Source: an uncultured Mycoplasmatota bacterium | GTDB taxonomy: Bacteria > Bacillota_I > Bacilli_A > RF39 > UBA660 | Reading direction: 5' to 3' | Length of the DNA: 32,000 nt | Assembly: GCA_948329525.1 (NCBI GenBank) | Contig: CAOJBM010000002.1 | Location: 12,635 to 44,634 of the forward strand | Shown here: positions 9,472 through 16,021 of the stretch, piece by piece | Layout of the letters: the number at the start of each line of letters is the position of its first letter | How positions within the stretch are numbered: position 1 is the stretch's first letter | Program-made: the position numbers and the translations under genes | Notes under the pieces: generated by a model | Told to the model about the DNA's origin: nothing | Database searches by the model: none | The model's input: only the letters and a program-made list of their open reading frames with translations

Positions 9472-9756
9472 TTATTTCTTCTTAGGCTCTTCGAAAAATT
9501 CTTTTATATCTATTTCTAAGGCATCTGCTATACGACCAAGTATAGTTAATGTAAAATACTTTGTAGATTTTTTTCTTTCAATTTGTGAAATATATTGATC
9601 AGAAACATCAATTAATTCAGCAAGTTCTTCTTGAGTGTAATCAGCCATTCTTCGATATCTTCTAATATTATACCTAACTATATCATAATAATGACTATCA
9701 TCATTAAATTTAATGTTTTCTTTAATTTCATTTAAATTTTTCATCAATTTTATCAC
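9472..9756 (-). CDS. XRE-family helix-turn-helix transcriptional regulator
   Basis: YTQEELAELIDVSDQYISQIERKKS is the canonical Cro/C1-type HTH. The gene is divergent from the next operon. Confidence 0.8.
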   Translation of the reverse strand: MIKLMKNLNEIKENIKFNDDSHYYDIVRYNIRRYRRMADYTQEELAELIDVSDQYISQIERKKSTKYFTLTILGRIADALEIDIKEFFEEPKKK

Positions 9757-9873
9757 CTTTAAACTATTATTTCAAACTATAAGGTATAATTTAAATACCT
9801 AGAATAACATTTTTTGTAGCCAATAGTAACAATTTATGCTATAATTAAAAAAATTAAAGAAAGAGGTATATAA

Positions 9874-10437
9874 GTGAAAGTAGAAGTAAAAGAAAAAAAG
9901 AATAAGAAAATAGTTGTAGGACTAGTAATAATGATTACATTATCTATTATGGTAGTAATAGGAGTAAGTTATGCATATTGGCAATTAACTAAAACTCAAG
10001 ATAATAATAATGTTGTAGCAACAGGATGTTTTGATGTAACTCTAACGGGAAAGAATCCTATTAATTTAGCAAGTGCTTATCCGATAACTAGTACAAAAGG
10101 AATGCAAACAACCCCATATGAATTTACAATAACTAACACTTGTAACTATGTTACAGCATATGAAGTAGATCTAGAAGCATTATCAGCAACAACATTTGCA
10201 AGTTCAAGTATCAGAGTAGCATTAAATAGTAATCATAAGTTATATAACGCTTATGAAACAGCAACAAAGCATTATAGTACTTCAAAAGAATCAAGAAAGT
10301 TAATATCAGGAACATTACAAGCAAAAGGAACAATAACATATAGCTTAAGATTATGGGTCGATGAAGCAGTAACAACAAGTGAAGCAAATAAGAAGTTTGA
10401 TAGTAAGATTATCGTAAAAGCTACAGTAGCAAGTTAG
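9874..10437 (+). CDS. secreted TasA/camelysin (CalY)-like protein with a SipW-type signal peptide
   Basis: GTG start with an AGAGG SD 7 nt upstream. Basic N-terminus plus a TM segment, then GVSYAYWQ...NNNVVATGCFDVTL. This parallels CalY GGGTFAYFSD...NNTFAAGTLDLTL and TasA GGGTWAAFND...ASGTLDLS. The ~190-aa size also fits. The comparison is from memory. Confidence 0.55.
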   Translation: MKVEVKEKKNKKIVVGLVIMITLSIMVVIGVSYAYWQLTKTQDNNNVVATGCFDVTLTGKNPINLASAYPITSTKGMQTTPYEFTITNTCNYVTAYEVDLEALSATTFASSSIRVALNSNHKLYNAYETATKHYSTSKESRKLISGTLQAKGTITYSLRLWVDEAVTTSEANKKFDSKIIVKATVAS

Positions 10438-10447
10438 GAGTAGATAT

Positions 10448-11926
10448 ATGAAGAGATTTAAGAAAGTTAATAAAAAGAAAAAAGTAATAATAGGTTTCTT
10501 AGTAGTAATATTAATAGGATTAGTCTTAATTCAAAGTTCCTATGCCTTCTTTCAAAGAGAGAATGAAGTAAGGTTTATAAGTGCTAAAGTAGGAGACTTT
10601 CGAGTTACATTGGGTAGTATAACAGCAACAAGTACAAATAATAGTGTTAATCTTTCATATACAGCAGGAGGATTAAATCCTTCAACAACATGTACATTTG
10701 GAACAACAAAAGGAACATATAATCTCTCATCAACAACAGTAAATAATAGTGCTTGTACTAAAACAGGATTAACACAAAATACCACATATTATTATAAAGT
10801 ATGTACAAAGAATAAGTTAAATCAAGAGTCATGTAAAGAAGGAAGTATTAATACCAAATATGATCCACCAACACTTAGTAGTATCACAGCTACAAGTACT
10901 CGAACTTCAATAAATTTAAGTTATACAGAAAGTGGAACAGTGAGTACAAGGATTTGTAAGTATGGAACAAGTAATGGAAGTTATACAACAAATGCAGCTA
11001 GTCAAACAAGTACAAAGTGTAGTATAACAGGATTAACTTCAGGTGTTACATATTACTATCAAGTATGCGTGTCAAATAATGAAGGACAAAACTGTAAAAC
11101 AGGGGAAGTTGAAACGACATCTTTATCCGACGATGTACATATTGGAGATTATATCAGCATTACTCCTACTAGTAGAAGCTATACAATATCAAAAGATGTG
11201 ACAGGATATACAAATAACCAAACAATCAACCCTAGTGAATTGAAGAAATGGAGGGTACTGAGAAAAATTGGTTACGGAAGGGTAGAAGTGATAAGTGATA
11301 CAATGTCATCCAAACCAGTTCGATTTAAAGGTTTACAGGGGTACGTAAACTTGGTATCAACACTAAATGAAATATCTAAGCAATATACTGACGGAATAAA
11401 CGTTCGGGCTACGAGGCATCTAGGATATAGAGAGGGGGAGTATAACACTCCATCACTATTGATTGAGAATACCGAAAAATTAACACAAACAACCAAACCT
11501 TGGGATAGTTCTATATCATACCCTTGGGGGGAGAGCGTGGGTGTTATGTGCTATGCCGGTACAAAAGAACCTCTAGGTTGGGGCGACTGTGGGTACTTTG
11601 AAGATTATAAGGATGTTGTCTTCGCCCTGGGTAATTTCGAGGTTAAGATTGTTAACGGCTCGACTCCAATAGCAAGTACTGGTGTCTGGTTGTCTTCTAG
11701 ATACTATGGTTTCCCAGCGGTTAATAGTTGGGGATTCGCCGGGAGAATGTCCTCAGGGAACGGGGAGCCTAAATTAGGATGGTTAGTGAGATATGAGAAT
11801 GGTAGGATGACGGAGAATTCGGCGATTGGTTATATTAGACCAATACTAGAATTAAAATCTCTTTCTACGATAAAGAATGGTACAGGAACCAAAGATGATC
11901 CTTATGTATTGTCTGAAATGAGTTAA
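10448..11926 (+). CDS. secreted multidomain surface protein: SipW-type signal, two Cys-containing FN3-like repeats, and a compositionally distinct W/G/Y-rich C-terminal domain
   Basis: AGGAG SD. The N-terminus reads ...QSSYAFFQRENE...GDFRVTL. Two ~82-aa repeats share ITATST..S.NLSYT..G....C..GT..G.Y........C...GLT....YYY.VC......C. The C-terminus reads WLSSRYYGF...SWGFAGR...GYIRPILEL. Confidence 0.7.
   Translation: MKRFKKVNKKKKVIIGFLVVILIGLVLIQSSYAFFQRENEVRFISAKVGDFRVTLGSITATSTNNSVNLSYTAGGLNPSTTCTFGTTKGTYNLSSTTVNNSACTKTGLTQNTTYYYKVCTKNKLNQESCKEGSINTKYDPPTLSSITATSTRTSINLSYTESGTVSTRICKYGTSNGSYTTNAASQTSTKCSITGLTSGVTYYYQVCVSNNEGQNCKTGEVETTSLSDDVHIGDYISITPTSRSYTISKDVTGYTNNQTINPSELKKWRVLRKIGYGRVEVISDTMSSKPVRFKGLQGYVNLVSTLNEISKQYTDGINVRATRHLGYREGEYNTPSLLIENTEKLTQTTKPWDSSISYPWGESVGVMCYAGTKEPLGWGDCGYFEDYKDVVFALGNFEVKIVNGSTPIASTGVWLSSRYYGFPAVNSWGFAGRMSSGNGEPKLGWLVRYENGRMTENSAIGYIRPILELKSLSTIKNGTGTKDDPYVLSEMS
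10607..11116 (+). repeat. tandem in-frame duplication encoding two FN3-like modules (10607-10852 and 10874-11116)
   Basis: The two peptide segments align by eye, LGSITATSTNNSVNLSYTAGG...GLTQNTTYYYKVC versus LSSITATSTRTSINLSYTESG...GLTSGVTYYYQVC. Four Cys positions are conserved in each. Confidence 0.7.
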
Positions 11927-12130
11927 AAGTTCAGCCATGTGATATGATGTCTCCTATTGCTGATCCATACTGTGTGTCTAAAAAGCTTGATAAATGATAA
12001 TTGTAAAAAAAAATTTTATACAAAAATCGATTTAAAAAAAATCTAAATTTCAACAAAAATTTTTCTTTTACTTAAAAAATGATATTAAATATAACTAGTA
12101 ATTATTATGGTATTTCCTTAATTTTATGAA

Positions 12131-12294
12131 TAATTAATTCCCGTATTGAAGAATATTTGAAAGTTTTAGTAAAAATATTTTTTCTTAAGATATGAAACAA
12201 CTTCCATTTGTTTTATACACTTAACTATTATTATTTTTCCCAAAAAATAAATTAAATACTAAAATAAAATATTCTTCAATATGGGGATTAATTA
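12131..12294 (+). repeat. 27/28-bp imperfect inverted repeat flanking a 108-bp A/T-rich core (long hairpin or MITE-like element)
   Basis: AATTAATTCCCGTATTGAAGAATATTT (12132-12158) versus the reverse complement of 12267-12293 (AATTAATCCCCATATTGAAGAATATTT), 25/27 identical. Both mismatches are G.U-compatible on the plus-strand RNA. Confidence 0.6.
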
Positions 12295-12960
12295 AAATTT
12301 AGTTAAATCCCAATCAATTGGGTCTATACCTTTGCTTTCTAGAAAAGTATTAGTTTTAGAAAAAGGTCTACTTCCAAAGAAACCATAACTTGCAGAAAAA
12401 GGAGAAGGATGAGCTGATTCTATCACATAGTGGATAGGATTAGTAATATACTTCTTTTTTTCTTTCGCAAATTTACCCCATAAAATAAATACAACGGGTT
12501 CTTCTTTTAAATTAATTTCTTTAATAATATAATCAGTAAGCCGCTCCCAACCTAAATCTTTATGAGAAGCTGGCTTATCCTTTTCTACAGTTAAAACCGC
12601 ATTTAAAAGAAGTACTCCTTGTTCTGCCCATTTAGTTAAATTACCACTATTTGGTGCTTTTATTCCTAAATCATCATTTAATTCTTTATAAATGTTTTTA
12701 AGTGATGGCGGTATTTTAATTCCATCTTGAACAGAAAAAGATAAGCCATGAGCTTCGCCTACTCCATGATATGGATCTTGACCCATTATAATGACTTTTA
12801 CTTTACTATAAGGAGTTAATTTTAAAGCATTAAAGACATAGTTTTTAGGAGGGAAAATATCTTTAGTTTTATATTCTTCATTAACAATATTCAAAAACTT
12901 TTTAAATCCTTCACTTTCCCAAATAAGTTTTAATACGTTATCCCAATCATTACCTATCAT
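12292..12960 (-). CDS. ung: uracil-DNA glycosylase (family 1)
   Basis: GQDPYHG, the LLLNAVLTV context and HPSPFSA motifs. I place the start at ATG 12960 (MIGNDWDNVL...), with a GAGGT SD upstream. The track start at 12993 adds 11 poorly supported codons. Confidence 0.9.
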   Translation of the reverse strand: MIGNDWDNVLKLIWESEGFKKFLNIVNEEYKTKDIFPPKNYVFNALKLTPYSKVKVIIMGQDPYHGVGEAHGLSFSVQDGIKIPPSLKNIYKELNDDLGIKAPNSGNLTKWAEQGVLLLNAVLTVEKDKPASHKDLGWERLTDYIIKEINLKEEPVVFILWGKFAKEKKKYITNPIHYVIESAHPSPFSASYGFFGSRPFSKTNTFLESKGIDPIDWDLTKF

Positions 12961-12973
12961 AATACCACTACCT

Positions 12974-13311
12974 CTATACATATTTTCCATCAATAATTCT
13001 ATTTTTTAAAATCTGTTTATTATAAATGTCTGTTCCTTCAAGACACTCTTCAATATTTACAATATCATCAACTCTTGCTAGTTCAAAGATATCAACATAA
13101 TCTAAGCCTAGTCTTGTTAAGGAATATTTTAAATGAGCTCTAATATTTCTTATATCCGAATCTACTCCATAATATTTTCCATTTAAATAGTTAATGCGCA
13201 ATATTTTAAAGAAATAACATATTTATCTCTTGGAATATTAATCGACTCTTCTTGATTATCAAAATTCATTCGCATTGTTCCTAGACCAAGTCTTTTAATA
13301 CTTTTACTCAT
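12974..13311 (-). pseudogene. decayed aldo/keto reductase remnant (two out-of-frame fragments, most of the barrel missing)
   Basis: ATG 13311 gives MSKSIKRLGLGTMRMNFDNQEESI..., an AKR-type N-terminus, which hits a stop after ~42 codons. The 12974-13201 ORF carries SLTRLGLDYVDIFELARVD, the AKR 'L..L..DY.DL...H' segment. Together they cover about 110 of roughly 300 residues. Confidence 0.55.
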
Positions 13312-13395
13312 TTTTAATACCTCTTACTATAAAGTATAAACTTTATGACAGTTTTAAACAAGAAAGAATAAATAGCATCATAAAAGCTTTTTAAA

Positions 13396-14697
13396 TTATA
13401 CTTCAATACTATCAATATATTCAATAAAATAAAGAGGTATATTAATTATTTTTCCATTCTTACTTAAATTATTTAATGAAAATCTAAATGAAATTTCATT
13501 ATCATTTTTAGTATTGAACTTTGTCAAACTATTATGATTTGTACTTTTATTAGATTTCACTTCTATTGGAATAATGTTATTTTTTCTTTGAATTACAAAG
13601 TCAATTTCATTTCTATCAAAAGTATAATAATTAGGAGAATTTTCTAATAAATAATTAAGAACATTTGCTACATAATTTTCAGTAAATGAACCCTTAAATT
13701 CTTCAAACAACTTATTACCTTCTGAAATAATTTTGCTATCTAAATCAGACATTCTTCTAAGTAATCCAACATCTAACATATAAATTTTAAAAGCCGATAA
13801 ATCATTATATGCTTTTAGAGGAAAAGCACATTTACTAACAAGAAAATTTTTAGAGATTAAATTGGCATTATATAACCAATTCAAGGCATTTTCATATTCC
13901 CTGGCCCTTGCTCCTTCTTTTACAACCTGATAAACAAATTTTTTATTTTCTTTTGCTAGTTGAGAAGGAATACCATTCCATATTAAAGATACTTTATTAG
14001 CTTCATTGGCATTAAGATGTTTTGAAAAGTCCTGTTCATATGAATCTAAAATATCTTGTTGTATTTTATTAACTTTCTCTATATCTTTATCATTTACCCA
14101 ACTAAATACTACTTCTGGCATACCACCGATTATATAATATGTCTTAAGTTTTTCAATTAAAAGGGATTCAAATATCTTTGGAATCTCTTTTATTTCTTTA
14201 GTTTTCCTCATAACGTCTACTAAATTTGAAGAATTATCAGCAATTAAAAATTCACTAAAAGTCATAGGATACAAATTTAAGAAGTCTACTTTCCCAACTG
14301 GAAATGATGTTTTTGATAAACGGATCCCTAACAAAGATCCAGCACAAACTAAATGATATTCTCTTGCTTCTTCACAAAAATATTTCAATGAATTTAGAGC
14401 ATTAGGGCATTCCTGTATTTCATCAAATATAATCAAAGATGTTCCAGGATTAATTACTTTTCCATTAACAAGTGATAATTGTTCAATTATTCTTTTTGGA
14501 TCTTTAGTATTTAAAAATAACTCTGCTAAACCATCGTCATGATCAAAATTGAAGTAAGCAACATCATCATAATATTCTTCACCAAATTCTTGCAAAATAT
14601 AAGTTTTACCAACTTGCCTTGCTCCTCTTAAAATTAAAGGTTTTCTATCCTTACTATTTTTCCATTTTAATAATTTATCAGTTATAAATCTCTTCAT
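13396..14697 (-). CDS. AAA+ ATPase fused to a PD-(D/E)xK nuclease-like C-terminal domain (AAA_14/DUF4143-type ATP-binding protein)
   Basis: KPLILRGARQVGKTY (Walker A) and LIIFDEIQ (Walker B). The C-terminus reads EIDFVIQRKNNIIPIEVKSNKS, a D...E.K nuclease-like motif. The start moves to ATG 14697, 5 nt after a GAAGGTGA SD. Confidence 0.8.
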   Translation of the reverse strand: MKRFITDKLLKWKNSKDRKPLILRGARQVGKTYILQEFGEEYYDDVAYFNFDHDDGLAELFLNTKDPKRIIEQLSLVNGKVINPGTSLIIFDEIQECPNALNSLKYFCEEAREYHLVCAGSLLGIRLSKTSFPVGKVDFLNLYPMTFSEFLIADNSSNLVDVMRKTKEIKEIPKIFESLLIEKLKTYYIIGGMPEVVFSWVNDKDIEKVNKIQQDILDSYEQDFSKHLNANEANKVSLIWNGIPSQLAKENKKFVYQVVKEGARAREYENALNWLYNANLISKNFLVSKCAFPLKAYNDLSAFKIYMLDVGLLRRMSDLDSKIISEGNKLFEEFKGSFTENYVANVLNYLLENSPNYYTFDRNEIDFVIQRKNNIIPIEVKSNKSTNHNSLTKFNTKNDNEISFRFSLNNLSKNGKIINIPLYFIEYIDSIEV

Positions 14698-14722
14698 ATC
14701 TATCACCTTCAAAAAGATTATA

Positions 14723-14799
14723 TCACACTTTTGCAAGCATTTTAAGTGTATTTCTCACACTTTTGCATAAAATATTTGCATAATTATCACATTTTTGTA
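14723..14799 (-). promoter_or_regulatory. three 13-nt direct repeats phased every 32 bp across the promoter of the AAA+ gene
   Basis: TCACACTTTTGCA at 14723-14735 and 14755-14767 (identical), and TCACATTTTTGTA at 14787-14799 (11/13). The first overlaps an extended -10 (minus strand TGATATAAT). Confidence 0.45.
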
Positions 14800-14807
14800 A
14801 AAATAAA

Positions 14808-15245
14808 TCATTTATGATATGTTTCATTATTAATTATTTTAAAAGAGCGATATATTTGTTCTAGTAATATTCCCCTAAATAATCCATGAGGAAAAGTTAG
14901 GCTAGAAAAAGATAAGCGATAATTAGCTAATGCTTTAATATCATCATGTAACCCTAAAGAACTACCAATAATAAATGTTATTGTACTATGGGAATTAAAT
15001 AAATTATCAATTTTATTAGCTAGTTCAACACTAGTTAGTTTATTACCTTCAATTTCTAAAGTAATAACATAATCATTACTACCAATATACTTTTTTATAC
15101 TATCTCTTTCTTTAGCCAAAGTACTTTCATCTTTTACTTCAATAACATTTAATTTATGATATTTACTTATTCTTTTACTATAGTCTTCGATTAAATCGTT
15201 TAAATATTTCTCTTTTATTTTCCCAACGCAAATAATCTTTATCAT
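14808..15245 (-). CDS. rlmH: 23S rRNA (pseudouridine1915-N3)-methyltransferase RlmH
   Basis: N-terminus MIKIICVGKIKEKYL. The C-terminus reads LSFSSLTFPHGLFRGILLEQIYRSF, typical of the SPOUT RlmH family. It overlaps the upstream gene by 4 nt. Confidence 0.85.
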   Translation of the reverse strand: MIKIICVGKIKEKYLNDLIEDYSKRISKYHKLNVIEVKDESTLAKERDSIKKYIGSNDYVITLEIEGNKLTSVELANKIDNLFNSHSTITFIIGSSLGLHDDIKALANYRLSFSSLTFPHGLFRGILLEQIYRSFKIINNETYHK

Positions 15246-16021
15246 AACACAATAATCTCACTTTTCTCGTCTTGTCTAGCACAAGTAATATTATTAAACT
15301 TAACTCCATACTCATTAAATACATTATTAATGGTTTCTAAAGCTATTTCTTCCGTATTATTTTGTTTACTTAAATGGGTCAAGATAATTTTTTTAGTATT
15401 AGTTCCAACTAACTTAGCTAAATATATTGAAGCATCTTTATTAGATAAATGTCCACTAGCCCCTACAATACGTTTCTTTAACCACTCTGGGTAAGCTCCA
15501 TTCATAAGGAGTTCAACATCGTGATTACTTTCAAATAAGTAAACATCTAAATTACTAAGAACTCTAAAATACCTTTGATTTAAGTACCCTGTATCAGTAA
15601 TATATGCCACACTTTTACCACCACCATTAAAGACAAAACTTCTAGAGTCACTGGTATCATGGCTAGTTTTGATTACACTAATTTTTAAACCATCTAAATA
15701 AATATCATCATCATAAATAATTATATTTCCATAGTCTTTTAAAATAGGTAGTTCATCTAACATTTTTTTAGTAACTAATATAGTTGCATCATATTTGTGC
15801 GTAAAAGTTTTCAATGCTTTAATATGATCATCATGAACATGGCTAATAATAACGAAATTGATGTCCATTATATTAACATCAATTTCTTCTAATTTATTTT
15901 TAATATTTTTAACAGTTGTTCCTAAATCAACTAAAATTTTATGCTTCTCTGTTTCAATATAAGTTGAGTTACCTTCTGAACCACTAGCTAAAACACAAAC
16001 TTTCATCATTTTAAATTCCAT
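15242..16021 (-). CDS. MBL-fold metallo-hydrolase, YycJ/WalJ-like
   Basis: VLASGSEGNSTYIE and ISHVHDDH (HxHxDH) motifs, at the position upstream of rlmH as in Bacillus yycJ. The start is ambiguous. ATG 16009 gives a classic ATGA overlap with the upstream stop, while 16021 is the longest ORF. Confidence 0.8.
   Translation of the reverse strand: MEFKMMKVCVLASGSEGNSTYIETEKHKILVDLGTTVKNIKNKLEEIDVNIMDINFVIISHVHDDHIKALKTFTHKYDATILVTKKMLDELPILKDYGNIIIYDDDIYLDGLKISVIKTSHDTSDSRSFVFNGGGKSVAYITDTGYLNQRYFRVLSNLDVYLFESNHDVELLMNGAYPEWLKKRIVGASGHLSNKDASIYLAKLVGTNTKKIILTHLSKQNNTEEIALETINNVFNEYGVKFNNITCARQDEKSEIIVL

Noticed and set aside
11500-11926. A diversity-generating retroelement variable region at the C-terminus of the surface protein. 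The region is A-poor and G/T-rich, with a lectin-like 'W.SS...VRP.L' ending.
   Set aside because: The window has no reverse transcriptase gene and no template-repeat copy that I can find. The atypical block is over 500 bp, far longer than a VR, and it continues past the stop codon. Domain swap or HGT is the simpler reading. This could still be tested by searching the whole genome for a near-copy with A-specific differences.
12974-13201. The 75-aa track ORF as a genuine small gene.
   Set aside because: It has no SD and overlaps the ung start region. Its sequence matches an internal AKR segment, so it is better explained as a pseudogene fragment.
14698-14736. N-terminal extensions of track ORFs: 13396-14736, 17505-18902, 21900-23336, 12292-12993, 7721-8224, 8279-8851, 29205-30182 and 30232-30837.
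   Set aside because: In each case an internal ATG is preceded by a well-spaced SD and gives the family-typical N-terminus. The extended start lies inside an SD, a -10 box or the upstream gene.
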